Notes: generated from the letters alone by a model not told the origin. A DNA stretch of 62,984 nt, filler included, from Basidiobolus ranarum (GCA_040143965.1; 40 parts of 40 records of this genome joined end to end with filler, not necessarily neighbours in it), one strand, 5' to 3'. Positions 1-12,558 are shown, counted from the first letter of the whole stretch. Translations and numbers: made by a program.

Positions 1-755
1 AACAAGCCATAACACCAGCAAATAAAACTCATGGCTCTCCAACCTCAACTGGTACTTTTCAAAGTGTTGAAATTAGTCCCAAAGGTAAAGGCAAGCAAAA
101 AGCCATACAAACACCACAAAGCACCCACAGAAGTGTCACACTACAAGGATGTACAAAAATAGTCAAAGTGCTTCAGGAGTATTTTAAAAGTATGAAGGGA
201 AAAATGCAGTGCAAGTATGCAGAAAGTGGCTTCAGAAGAAGAACATTCAACTTGACATTCAGTCTGGTGTTGACCATGCAGATATCTGGGAAGAATTTAA
301 TACAGAGTGGCACAATATTACATGGTATCTGCCAGCTAGCTGGAAGAATGTTGATTCTGCAACGTTAGTACAATGGTGTGCTTTGATGGAGATATTGATA
401 CCAACTTGTGTTGGATATGAATTAAACCTTAGGTATGATGAACTCTATAAAATATACAGGAGAATATATCAATGAAAGTAGAAATTTTAAAGATGACAAA
501 TTAGCATTCACAGGGTAAATGTGTAAAATTTGAGTTACATTTTTTGCACATGTGTCAATCCATAGTTCTCTGAGATTGTAGCCAATCATGTGCAACTATT
601 TTGCAAGATCTTGAAATTTCATTCCTGAAACTGAAAAAATTGATTAAAATCAAATCTAACTTGACAATTTTGCAATGGTAAGTAAATGGTCAATCCCAAA
701 TGGATTAAAATTGTGATGGTTTTCCTACAATAACAATCCTCATATTTCTCTTAGA
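1..755 (+). mobile_element. Degenerate repeat R1 (accessory ORF plus one terminus of the CMC/EnSpm-like element)
   Basis: RKWLQKKNIQLDIQSGVDHADIWEE..WHNI.WYLP peptide shared with copies at 24820-25192, 41059-41844, 58370-59770 and 60685-61013; CpG-depleted with many stops. Confidence 0.75.
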
Positions 756-1063
756 TCTAATTTAGCTAATACGTAGTTGGGCCTTGCAGCATAAGGTTGC
801 ATGATTGTACCAGGAGTATATTACATAGGAAGCTGGCAGAGTGTGTGGCAAGGGACTATAATCTTGCAACAATAAAATGTTCAGCAAGGAATGTATGAAT
901 TATGACATGGATTCAGTATTTCTTTGCTAAATTGAGATTTATTTTTTTCACAACAGATTACAAAATATTTGAAATGCCAGCATATCTGGCAAAGACTGGC
1001 CAATATTGTACTAGGAATATATTGATAAGGTCTGCAAGCAACTCCTAGTTGATGAAAGTGGTC

Positions 1064-1484
1064 AGGGGATTTGGTAGTGTTTCAGACAAAATTGGTATTT
1101 TTGAATCAAACACTTGAGCTTTATTGCATTGAATATGCCTGGTTTATAGTTTACTATGAAACAGGATCGTCAGACAAGTTTAGTTCATATTGTACATGCC
1201 TGTAAAGCATGGGTGAGAATATCAGATGATTTAGAGAAGTTTAGTGAAAATGGTGGAGATCGGTATAAGCAATCTAATTGTTATATCTATCAGTTAGAGC
1301 ACTAAACACACATCTCTTAATGTTAGAGTTTAGTGCTAAAAAATCAGAATATGAATTGATAAACCACTAAGTATGATAAAAGTGTTTAGGGGATTTGGAA
1401 GTGTTTTGGACAAGATTTGGATTTGTGAATTAGACACTTAAGTTTTATTGAATTGAATATGTCCTATTTATAGTTTACTATGAA
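1064..1484. repeat. Pair of ~97-bp imperfect direct repeats in a CpG-poor unclassified repeat
   Basis: AGGGGATTTGG...TTTATAGTTTACTATGAA at about 1064-1160 and 1388-1484. Confidence 0.7.
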
Positions 1485-1584
1485 NNNNNNNNNNNNNNNN
1501 NNNNNNNNNNNNNNNNNNNNNNNNNNNNTTAATTAATTAANNNNNNNNNNNNNNNNNNNNNNNNNNNNNNNNNNNNNNNNNNNN
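1485..1584. other. Artificial contig linker N44-TTAATTAATTAA-N44 (first of ~39 copies)
   Basis: Identical 100-nt spacer with stops in all six frames recurs every ~1.58 kb; the contigs between copies shrink gradually from ~1484 to ~1471 bp. Confidence 0.99.
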
Positions 1585-2994
1585 CGAAATAAAATCTTTG
1601 TATGATGATTGTGGTGTAACAACTTCAAACAAGTCTGAAAAAATTAAAAAGGACGTAAAGGTTTGTTCTCCTGAGACTGCAAAGAGGGTTAGTAACGTAA
1701 CAGATCTTAGACGAGAGTTGCCGGAGTTATTTATAAATAATTATTCTCGTGAGTGCCCGAATTTGCCGATAATGGTGTCTGATGATGAAGCCAAAAAGGT
1801 TATAAATATGGGTGGGCGAGTGATCTGTTATCCTTACCCACGTACGAGTTATTCTAGATATTATACTTCACCTGATAAATTCTTTGTTGGCTTAAAAAAG
1901 AATAGGTTATCCAATAGGGATAAATTCTCGCATCTGGTAACTTGTTATACGACGGATCACATGAATAGGCCTGGGAGCGAAACGTATAAATATTATTTTG
2001 GGCAAGACGAGGAGGATAAATCAAGGGGCGAAGGGAAACCAAAAATAATTGGGTCGTTAAGACATCTTGAGGAAGAGAAGATGGGGCCATTACCGAGTGC
2101 GTTAATAGGAAATTTGTGTATCAAGAATACGTATTTCAGGGTTGGTGTTAACCAGGGTCCGTCATCTTTTTTGGCGTCCATTTTGTATGCTTTAAGTCCT
2201 GGGTCGTTTAAAGATATAAAAAATCAGATACGGACGGTGAGGGAGAATTTAAGTTCGGAGGGGTTGGAGATAACAAGGCAAGAGACGTGTGGAATTCCTT
2301 TTGACATGGTAGTTGAGACGTTTAAGGATCCGGAAAAGAATATGGATGGTAAGTATTACTATAGGTTTTTCGAAGAGATGTTTAGCGTGGATATTATTTT
2401 AATAGACGTCACGAAGAGTAAGGGATATGACATTTATATATCCAATAATGGAAAAAATATCTTTGGGAGCAGAAGTTTGATCATGGGATAATAATATTTA
2501 GGAATCAGACAAAGTTGTATCACAAGACAAAAATAACGTATGAGCCTGTGGTATCAGCAAAGGGTGAGATGGTGTTTACAAATGATGATGAGTTGTATTT
2601 GTCATTAATGGACACATAGGGATCTTTACTTCTTAACCCAAAGATAGTTCCAGGGAAGGATGCTTTTTTATTGCATGATCTTGATCATCCTGTGGAGATA
2701 GGGACAAGAAAGGTTAAGGCACAGTATATAAATAAGGATGGTATATCTGTTGCTATACAATGGGACGATGGTACTTTTCAGAGATGCTTTTCAAGACTGC
2801 TATGGAAGGTTCTGATGTTGGATAATCAGCTGTGGAACCCACTTAAGGAGCATCTTAATTTCATGAACAACATTAGGAAGAACTTGGGGTTAAAAAGGAA
2901 ATATTGGAGAAGTTCTGGGGACAAGGTAGTGTATTTACCAAATAGGCAGACAATGGAGAATTATAGGATGTGGTTATATAATGCAAACAAATGA
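1585..2994 (+). pseudogene. Giant-virus (Nucleocytoviricota) early transcription factor large subunit (VETF-L/A7L-like), C-terminal part, disrupted
   Basis: Intronless. Motifs LPELFINNYSREC..P, YYTSP...VGLKKNRLSN..KF..L.TCY, GPLP, YFRVGV..GPSSFL, QE, YYRFFEEMFSVDI, IIIFRN...YEPV and QYINKDG resemble iridovirus/Pimascovirales VETF-L. Frameshift near 2450-2456, in-frame TAG at 2617-2619, 5' end truncated by the contig edge. Confidence 0.75.
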
Positions 2995-3167
2995 GATTGG
3001 TAGTTTTGTTGCAAGTTTAGCACGTTTATGATAACGCGTAATAGTTGCATTTTTATTAAATAAGTTGNNNNNNNNNNNNNNNNNNNNNNNNNNNNNNNNN
3101 NNNNNNNNNNNTTAATTAATTAANNNNNNNNNNNNNNNNNNNNNNNNNNNNNNNNNNNNNNNNNNNN

Positions 3168-4650
3168 GATAGAGATCATCTATTTGTGTCTGTCCTATTA
3201 GTAACCACTAAAGAAGACTCAGAAACATGATACATTGATTCAGGAGCTTCCCAGCATATGTCAAACAGGAAAGATTGGTTTTCCAGCTTAAAACCAATCG
3301 AAACATGGAAAGTCTACTCAGGTAATGGCTTTGCACTAGATGCAGTTGGTAAGGGCACAGTTGTACTCAATTTAGACCAAAATTCAGCTACACCATCTTC
3401 AAAATTAGATGATGCACTCTATGTACCAAATATAGCCAAGAACCTACTCTCAGTAATCCAAACAACAACTTAAGGAATACGTTTTGTGTTCAATAAGGCT
3501 GGATGCAATATCACTGATCAGAATAATATCATTATTAGCTACTGGGATCAAGACTCAAAACTTATACAAGCTAGGAGTCAACAAATTGCATTTGGAGCAT
3601 GCAAACTGGGCCAAAACTGGTGAAATAAGTTGTCAAAGGAGGCATAGAATATTAGGCCACATTGGGGAAAAAAAACTGACCCAAATGATCCAAAATCAGC
3701 TTGTTTCAGGCTTGGAAATTGGAAATAGCACTAAATTGGATCTGTGTGAAGGTAGCATATATGGAAATCATCACAGACAGCCATTTCAAGCCCTGAAGAG
3801 ATCAAATCCACTCAGAATATTTCCCTGAACTCATTCTGACCTATATGGGCCCATGAAAAACGTCTCCCTGGGTGGGAAAGGGTACTGTATGACCTTTATT
3901 GATGACAAAAGAAGAAATACTTGGGTACTTGTTCTCAAATCAAAATCTGCAGCCTTAGCTACATTCAAGCACTACAAAGCAATGGTAGAGAAAGAATCAG
4001 CACAAAAAATAAGGGTACTAAGGAGTTATAAAGGAGGAGAATACTGCTCTAATGACTTTACTAGTTTTTGCTCTAAACATGGAATTAAGCAACAAACTAC
4101 TGTACCTTATACTCCACAGTAAATGGAGTTGCAGAACAGGCTAATAGGACCTATTGGAGATGGCAAGATCAATGTTACATGATCAAAAGTTACATTACCA
4201 ATATTGGGCTGAATCTGACTCCACTGCAGTCTATATCAAAAACAGATGCCCAACAAGATTGCTACAAAATTCTACTCCATTTGAAGCTCTCTATGGATCA
4301 AAACCAAGTGTGGATCATATCAAGATCTTTGGTTGCACAGCAGATTGCCTAATTCCAGCTCAAAAATGCTCAAAATTGGAACCCAAAAGCAGAAAGTGCA
4401 TATTTCTAGGTTATTGTGATGGATCCAAGGTTGATAGACTGCTTGATACCAAAGATCAGAAGTTAATCAAGTGCAGAGATGTGATTTGTCATGAAAAAGC
4501 AAACTTCTCACCTCAAATCTCAGTTCTTGATCTGGAAAACACAATCAGAACTATTCTGGAAATGTCCGATGAAATTTCAGTTATATCTGAGCCCTGTTCA
4601 ACAAAAATTTCAGTCCCAATTACATCAAAAGATGATTCAGGACCCAGAAG
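3168..4650 (+). mobile_element. Ty1/copia pol remnant (protease, GAG-pre-integrase, integrase)
   Basis: W(stop)YIDSGASQHM, HRILGHIG, CEG, FIDDK, RVLRS..GGEY, PYTPQ.NG, IFGC, KCIFLGY; frameshifts and stops. Confidence 0.95.
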
Positions 4651-4808
4651 NNNNNNNNNNNNNNNNNNNNNNNNNNNNNNNNNNNNNNNNNNNNTTAATT
4701 AATTAANNNNNNNNNNNNNNNNNNNNNNNNNNNNNNNNNNNNNNNNNNNNTTGCAACAAGAATTTAATCAGAAGTTGAAAGATATGTATATGTTTCTGTT
4801 GAAGTTGG

Positions 4809-5196
4809 TGTTGAAATTAGCATTGCATAAACACCTATATAGTCATATATAGCTTAGTACTTAGTTATCTTATATAGAACTAAGTTATTACCCATTATTC
4901 TCATGAGGCATTCATTATTTGTGGTTTTCACTTGTTGACTTATTGAGTAGAAAGTTGACATTTATAGTTTTGTCAAAATGTAAGCAAACTAACATGTAGA
5001 ATGTGTTAAGGAAGGTCCCAGGAACATGTGTGCAGAGTTTGGAGCTTCTAGCATAAGTTTGAAAAATCTATATATCTGAGAACTTCTAAGTAAATTTCAA
5101 TTGAAAATAATGGAAAATATCTTAGTGAAATATGAGATAACCAAGTACTAAGCTATATATGATTATATAGGTTCTTTGGCCAAGCTAATTTCAACA
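4809..5196. repeat. Two copia family-A LTR fragments in inverted orientation
   Basis: TGTTGAAATTAGC... start at 4809-4875 (+) and a longer reverse-orientation fragment at ~4918-5196 ending GCTAATTTCAACA. Confidence 0.8.
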
Positions 5197-6004
5197 GCAT
5201 TTACTTAGAATATTGATTTTGCTGATACATTGTTAATCAGATTAGCATATGGTAATACTGATGATTTCACATGGAGCAACATTTCACCAGAGGTGCACTC
5301 AATTGTGAACTCCCAGAGTGTATAGCAAGGACCTGTAATCTCTAAACACTGTGAAAGATGCAGCAGGGAATGTATCAAATACCAGCATAGATTCAGTCCA
5401 TCTTTTTTAAACCTGTAATAAAGTTTTTCATATCCAATTACAAAATCTTTGCACAGTCGCTGTATCTGCCTGAGATCTGCCAATGTGGGTTGATGCCATA
5501 AGAATATATTAACAATATCCACAAACAACTCCCAATTTTGCCAATACTTATCAGGCAGAAATCTTTTCAAGATTCCACTTGAATATATACGAATCCAATA
5601 CTTCCAGTGTTTGCATTTGAATAAATGCCTAGATGAGTGGATATTAATAGGAGTCCTGGTAAAGTGTGATGGTATCATGACATTTTAAAGCATTTTCCCA
5701 ATCAATTCAAACTTTGATCCTATCTTGAATGGCTTATTCATATTGAATTATGCACTATATAGCTGAGTAAGTAGTATGGGTATGTTGTTGAATAGTAAGT
5801 GCCTAGTGCTTAATGGGAAGCTCTGGCTCCTGCTGATCCCCTTTAGCAATATAACCTTAGGCTTATGGCTAATTCCAAGTTTGGTGTTAGACTGACTACT
5901 TGGTGAATTGATATTAGTGAGCATGTCAAAGTCTGACCAGGCTCTTGATGGTAAAGGCATGAAGTTTGGTGTTGTATTTGGATAGTAGTAATGTGTATTC
6001 CTGT
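5197..6004 (-). mobile_element. CMC/EnSpm (Transposase_21-like) transposase remnant, C-terminal half
   Basis: IPSHFTRTP...FKCKHWKYW, YEKLYY, HSLLHL...GP..TLWEF.IE motifs; matches 33560-34654 and 53651-55123. Confidence 0.8.
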
Positions 6005-6125
6005 CCCTAACAATAATAAAATTGATTTGATCCGGATCAGATCCACCCTCCAAAATATCAAAACCATCAGAGAACCGTCACAATAATGTTGGCTTGCATT
6101 CTGCCAGGGATTTTGATGGTGTGAT
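6005..6125 (-). mobile_element. CMC element terminus R2 (CCCTAACAA...) joined into a transposase copy
   Basis: Starts CCCTAACAATAAT; same sequence at 17140, 35847, 38255 and 60684. Confidence 0.75.
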
Positions 6126-6232
6126 TGTTGGAGGATCTTGACATAATGGGGTAGACTTTGAGTATTAGAAGCAACTTATGATAGTGTGTTTTAGTTAGTT
6201 TATTCTTAAGAGTATATGGTGACTTATATAGT
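6126..6232. repeat. LTR family E end (TGTTGGA...)
   Basis: Reverse complement of about 9620-9726, which ends TCCAACA. Confidence 0.7.
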
Positions 6233-6332
6233 NNNNNNNNNNNNNNNNNNNNNNNNNNNNNNNNNNNNNNNNNNNNTTAATTAATTAANNNNNNNNNNNN
6301 NNNNNNNNNNNNNNNNNNNNNNNNNNNNNNNN

Positions 6333-6458
6333 TGTTCCTTATAGTGTCCGATTGAGTGTTATAGGACCCAGCCATGGTAATTGACAGATCGCGCCAGATG
6401 GTGTACTAGCAGGCTGGATCAAGCGGCACAATCTGACCTGGTCCAATGGAACAAGTCT
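6333..6458. mobile_element. Terminus of a PHIS-type element/MITE ending GGAACAAGTCT
   Basis: Near-identical to 30340-30466; terminal motif shared with the 182-bp MITEs; flanked by AGT; inserted in copia RT. Confidence 0.7.
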
Positions 6459-7814
6459 AGTGCTAATGTAAGGATCTCATTTTTTGTTGCTTTGCTGTAA
6501 TTATTATGATCTGCTTTCATTGTTGGAACTCTAGTGATTTCAAATTGGCAACTGGCTTGTTGACACCATGCCCTGAGTGCCTGTTTGAGTCCATAGAGTG
6601 AGTTTGGCAGTTTACAAGCCATATCAGGGTATTTTGGGTCAACAAATCCATCTGGTTGATCCATATAGTTCTCTGCTTCTAGATATTCATGCAGAAAGGC
6701 TGTTTTAAATCAATCTGAAACAAAGGAATGTTACGTATGGCTGAGATTGCTAGGCTTGATCTAATGGAGGTAAACTTAGCTACTGGAGCAAAAGTTTCAC
6801 TAAAATCATCTCATGGAGTATGGGACTAACCTTTAGCAACTAATCTAGATTTGTACCTTTTTATGATTCCATCAGTATGGTTTTTGACTTTGCACATCAA
6901 TTTGCAACCTTTTGGCCTTCCCCCTGATGGTAGAAAACTTTAAACTCATGCTTTATTATATTCTCCAATATAAATAGCACTAGATTTTTGGTTGAATAGG
7001 GCTCAGATACAGCTAGGATTTTATCACACACTTCCTGAATAGTGCTGATTGTTTTATCTTGAGCAAGAACTGTGACTTGAGGAAAACAATTTGCTTTGTC
7101 ATCAAAAAATCTTGTCTTTGCTATTGATAAAGTTCAGATCTTTGGTTTCAAAAAGTCTGTATGTCTTAAATCCATCACAGTAACCAAGAAATATGCATTT
7201 TCTGCATTTGGGTTCTAATTCAAAGCCTTTTTGAGCTAGAATTAGGCAATATGTTGTGCAACCAAGGATCCTGAGATGATCCACACTTGGTTTTGATCCA
7301 CATAGGACTATGATTGGAGTAGAATTTTGTAGTAATCTCTTTGGGCATTAGTATTTGATAATGACTGCAGTTGAGACAGATTGAGCCCTACATTGGTAAT
7401 TCAATTTTTCAATCATTAAACATTGATCTAACCATCTCAACCATGGTCTTGTCAGCAAGTTCTACAACTCCATTTTGCTGTGGAGATAAGGTACAGTGGT
7501 TTGTTGCTTCATTCCATGTTTAGAACAGAAACTAGCAAAGTATTTAGAGCAGTATTCTCCACCATGATCACCCATTGGTATCCTTTTTTCATGCAGATTC
7601 TTTTGCTACTATTGCTCTGTAGTGCTTGAGTGTAGCTAAGTCTTCAGATTTGGATTTGAGAAAGAATACCCAAATCTTTCTTGATTTATCATTGCTGAAG
7701 ATCATAAAGTACCTTTCTCACCTGGTGAAGAATTTTTCATGGGCCCACATAGGTCAGAATGAGACAGGGCAAAATTCTGGGTGGATTTGATCTCTCCAGC
7801 ACTTGAAAATGGCT
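6459..7814 (-). mobile_element. Ty1/copia integrase-RT remnant
   Basis: DHLRILGC, KCIFLGY, MDQPDGF, SLYGLKQA.RAW motifs; degenerate. Confidence 0.93.
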
Positions 7815-7916
7815 NNNNNNNNNNNNNNNNNNNNNNNNNNNNNNNNNNNNNNNNNNNNTTAATTAATTAANNNNNNNNNNNNNNNNNNNNNNNNNNNNNN
7901 NNNNNNNNNNNNNNCA

Positions 7917-8045
7917 TCGAGGACCAAAAAGGTTATGGTACAAAGCAGAAAGGTCAAAGAAGAAAACTTACGGAAACACTCCAAACCAGGAACTGTCCCA
8001 CGTGTTGCCGAGCGCAAGAAGAATGTTGTTGGAGTTGCGAAGTAA
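7917..8045 (+). CDS. SOF1: C-terminal fragment of the SSU processome WD40 protein Sof1/DCAF13
   Basis: Frame 7917 reads SRTKKVMVQSRKVKEENLRKHSKPGTVPRVAERKKNVVGVAK*, resembling the KHSKPGSVP...E.KKHVVAV.K C-terminus of Sof1/DCAF13. Not in the ORF track. Confidence 0.82.
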   Translation, partial: SRTKKVMVQSRKVKEENLRKHSKPGTVPRVAERKKNVVGVAK

Positions 8046-9061
8046 AGTTTGCAAAGCTTATACACATTCTACATATCTTTGGAGTATTTTTCTGGTGACG
8101 CCCATAATTTCACAAACATCGAAACTGAGCTTTAACATTTCTTGTTTAAAAGCATCTGTTGTTTTATAACTGTTTTGCATCCTTCTTTCCTTTCATGTAT
8201 TAGAGCTGCTTGAATAAAACTGTATTTAATAAAGTAATGAAATTTAATGTAGATGTTAGATTATCTCATCAATGCCGAAAACGTAACAACCAAACATGTA
8301 TATATAATATATACTATTAGTGTGTGTTGTTGTCTGAGCCACTTCCGAAATATTAGAATTAATGGCAAACTACGGAAATAGGTGACTTGAAAACTATCGA
8401 TATTTTTCCTTGCTGCTTAGATGCCAGAACCCTGAGTGTACATGTTTTCTTGTTCTGTATTATCATTAGTGAACTTGTATGGATAGAGTGTAACTGTCTC
8501 AAATGACCTGACTTCAGCAAGAATAATGATTAGCTCATACTTTCGTCATTTTGACCCAGGGTAGCTCATTGACATGTTGAAGGGAATTTTATAATACACT
8601 TTGGTAACTTCAGGGTCTGCATTGTTATAACACCTGAAAGTTCAATCTTACTTCGATAAAGGTCTAAGGTATTGTAGAGAACGGTGTACTAGACTTAAAT
8701 ACAGGGTATGGCCCATCAAACTCTAAAGATTAATAGGTGTGCAACGACGTCGCGGATAAAAAATGGTTCGCATATAATTTTCTTAGTTGTCATGAGTTAA
8801 GCAGCATTCTGTCAATCTATCATAAAAACATTTAAATCAAAATGAAATAGACCTATGGAACCTCGATGATATTTTAAAGAATTCAATTCGTTTAAAAGTA
8901 TTTGAATCTCATATACTTCACCAAACATCAATGGGGTTGGGTGAATTCACAAAAAGGAGACCATTGTTCAGATGAGTGTCTTTCTCTTAACCTTTGTGGG
9001 CGAATATATCTTGCTCTTTGGAACCTTTTTTCTTGTGTTTTTAGAGTAAACAGCTGATATA

Positions 9062-9396
9062 ATGGTATATACTGACCTATTTATGAATCCAATCATTACC
9101 ATCATTCATCCATCTAATAGCATTCGATATACAGGGTCGTGTTCGTACTAAAACCGTAAAGAAGGCCTCCAGAGTCATCATTGAGAAGTACTATCCCCGT
9201 CTTACTTTGGATTTCCAAACCAACAAGAAGATCTGTGATGAAGTTGCTATTATTGCCTCCAAGCGTCTCCGCAACAAGATCGCTGGATTCACCACTCACT
9301 TGATGAAGCGTATTCAACGTGGCCCCGTTCGTGGTATCTCCTTCAAACTTCAAGAAGAAGAACGTGAGCGCAAAGATAACTACGTTCCTGAATTCT
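9062..9396 (+). CDS. RPS17: 40S ribosomal protein S17 (eS17), 3'-truncated, with an intron directly after the ATG
   Basis: ATG 9062-9064, GT-AG intron 9065-9134 with CTAAT branch site, then [86 protein letters not shown]. Confidence 0.98.
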
Positions 9397-9496
9397 NNNN
9401 NNNNNNNNNNNNNNNNNNNNNNNNNNNNNNNNNNNNNNNNTTAATTAATTAANNNNNNNNNNNNNNNNNNNNNNNNNNNNNNNNNNNNNNNNNNNN

Positions 9497-9726
9497 CCTA
9501 TATTCTAAATAGGAATATCTCTATATCTATATAACAAGTATGTCTTATTACCCCCACTTATCTATTATATCTTATTACACAAACTCCTGAATATCTCAAA
9601 CAATTGACTTACTTTTCTACTATATGAGTCACCATATACTCTTGGGAATAAACTAACTAAAACACACTATCATAAGTTGCTTCTAAATACTCAAAGTCTA
9701 CCCCATTATGTCAAGATCATCCAACA
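9497..9726. repeat. LTR family E fragment inserted in copia RT
   Basis: Ends ...GATCATCCAACA; matches 6126-6232 in reverse. Confidence 0.65.
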
Positions 9727-9790
9727 ATGTATAGTCAGTATTACTCTTTTGCAATTTGAGTCTTTCCAAAAAAAGCATGTATCTTGCTTT

Positions 9791-10139
9791 TGTTAAATTA
9801 TTTGAGAGCCTGTTGGAAGTGGTTTGGAGAAGTAGAGGAATTGGTGGTTTTCACTTATTGATTCATTGAGTAGAAAGTTGACATTTATAGTTTTGTCAAG
9901 ATGCAAACAAACTAACATGTAGAATGTGTTGAGAAAGGTCCCAGGAACTTGTGTGCAGAGTTTGGGGCTTCTGGCACAAGTTTGAAAAATCTATATATTA
10001 GAGAACTTCTAAGTTGGTAAAAAATATTCTAAGTAAATTCTGATTGAGAAGAATTGATAATATCTTAGTGAATTATCAGATAAATAAGTACTAAGCTATA
10101 TATGACTCTATAGGTGTTTAAGCAATGCTAATTTCAACA
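9791..10139 (-). repeat. Solo LTR, copia family A (~349 bp)
   Basis: TG...CA ends, flanks GCTTT/GCTAT (near-perfect 5-bp TSD), interrupts RT just after LKQSPRA. Confidence 0.9.
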
Positions 10140-10977
10140 GCTATTTCAGGCTCTTGGAGATTGTTTTAAGCCATAGAGTGTTTGCCAGAGTCTGCAAACT
10201 TCTTTAGGGTTCTCTAGGTCCACAAATCTATCTGGCTGGTCATTCAAAAAAGCAGTTGTAACATCCATTTGATGTACAAGAAATTGATATTTACCTGAAA
10301 TTGCTGAATTCAATCTGATTAAAAGAATCTTTGCTACAGGAGCAAAAGATTCTCTATAATCTATTCCTGACATTTGGGAAAATTTTTTGGCTACTAGTCT
10401 AGCCTTGTACTTTTCTATGCTGCCATCAGAGTTGTATTTAACTTTAAATACCCATTGGCAGCCAATTAATTTTCTATCATCAGGTAAGTTGGTTAAAGAC
10501 CAAGTTTGATTATCAATAAAAGCCCAGTACTCATCAGCCATAGCAGATCTCCAAGTTTTGTGTGAGAGCCATTCAAGGCCTCTTTTGCAGTCAGGGGTTC
10601 ATGAATTTGAGCTGTGCAGACATAGGCCTAATTTTGGGACTCATTGAAACATTAATCAGGGCTATTTCTGATCTGATTTGATCTCCTGGTTGGCGATAAA
10701 GGTACTACAACTTCTGGCATTGTATTAGGCACTTCAGTAGGCAAAATTTTGATTGAAGGGTCCACCGGAATGCTATTTTCCTCATTGTTCTGTTTGAATT
10801 AATTTGAATGATTGGATCAGGAGGAAACTGATTTTCATCATCATCTGAGGTCATTTTGGGTGAAAATTTTTCATTTTCATTAAACAAAACATCCCTGAAC
10901 TTGATTAACTTGGAAATTTTGGTATCATAGAGTCTGTAGGCCTTAGTTTGAGTACAATAACCCAGAAATATGCATTT
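10140..10977 (-). mobile_element. Ty1/copia RT remnant
   Basis: WVFKVKYNSDGSIEKYKARLVAK, HQMDVTTAFLN, LYGLKQSPRA. Confidence 0.95.
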
Positions 10978-11077
10978 NNNNNNNNNNNNNNNNNNNNNNN
11001 NNNNNNNNNNNNNNNNNNNNNTTAATTAATTAANNNNNNNNNNNNNNNNNNNNNNNNNNNNNNNNNNNNNNNNNNNN

Positions 11078-12558
11078 TTGTGGCTATGATTCAGTCATCC
11101 ACATATAGTGCCACAATAAGGATCCTATTTCTGGTTGTTTTGATGTAAATACTGTGGTCTGCTGTGCATTTTTGGAATTCCAGAGATTGCAAATAGGTAT
11201 CTATCTTGGTGTACCATGCCCTGGGTTCTTGCTTGAGTCCATAGAGCAATTTTTGCAGTTTACAGAATATAGCAGGATGTCATGGGTCAACAAATCCATC
11301 AGGTTGCTCCATATAGATCTCTTCTTCTGGATTTCTATTCAGAAAGGCTATTTTTACATCCATTTGATGTAGATCAAGGTTTTGGATGGCTGAGAGTGCC
11401 AGGATTGATCAAATGGAGCTAAACTTAGCATCTGGAGCACAAGCTTTATTAAAATCAACTCCTGGGGTCTGGGAATAGCCTTTTGCAACTAATCTTGCTT
11501 TGTGCCTTTCTATAGTTCCATCAGCTTGGTTTTTGACTTTGTAGACCCACTAGTAACCTATTGGCTTTCTCCCGGATGTAAGAGGACTTAAAACTGACAT
11601 TTTATTGTCCTGAAGTGAAGAAAACACATCTGACATTGTTTTTCCCATCATTTTGATTCTGGACACTTCAAAGCTTGATCTAGAGTCTGTGGCTTGTTCC
11701 AGAATGCTGCATAAACATATACATCATCATTGGAAGTGTTCCACCAGCTTCCTGGCTTATTTCTCCTTCTGGATGAACTTCTGGGTCCTGAATTGTCCTT
11801 GGATGTAATTGGGCCTGAAATTTTGGTTGAATTGGGCTCAGATACAGATGGAATTTTGTCAGACACTTCCTGAATAGTGCTGATGTGTTTTCTGGATCAA
11901 GAACTGTGATTTGAGGTGAAAAATATGCTTTTTCATCAAAAATCACATCTCTGCACTTGATATACTCCTGATTTTTGGCATAACACAGTCTGTAGGCCTT
12001 TGATCCATCACAGTAACCAAGAAATATGCATTTTCTGCTTTTGGGTTCAAATTTTGAACATTTTTGATCTGGAATTAGGCAATATGCTGTGCAACCAAAG
12101 ATCCTGAGATGATCCACACTTGGTTTTGATCCATACAGGGCTTCAAATGGAGTAGAATTTTGTAGCAATCTTGTTGGGCATCTGTTTTTGATATAGACTG
12201 CAGTGCAGACAGATTCAGCCCAATATTGGTAATCTAACTTTTGATCTTGTAACATTAATCTTGCCATCTCCACTATAGTCCTATTAACACATTCTGCAAC
12301 TCCATTTTGCTGTGGAGTACATGGTACAGTAGTTTGTTGCTTAATTCCATGTTTAGAGCAAAAACTAGCAAAGTCTTTAGAGCAGTTTTCTCCACCATTA
12401 TCACTCCTTAGTACTCTTATTTTTTGTGCTGATTCTTTCTCTACTCTGGCTTTGTAGTGCTTGAATGTAGCTAAGGCTTCAGATTTTGATTTGAGAAAGA
12501 ATACCCAAGTATATCTTGTTTTGTCATCAATAAAGGTCATAAAGTACCTTTTCCCACC
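11078..12558 (-). mobile_element. Ty1/copia integrase-RT remnant
   Basis: FIDDKTRYTWVFFLKSKSE, LRSDNGGE, TPQQNGVAE, HLRIFGC, then RT motifs; almost no CpG. Confidence 0.96.

Noticed and set aside
9114-9353. 79-aa minus-strand ORF
   Set aside because: Antisense shadow of RPS17.
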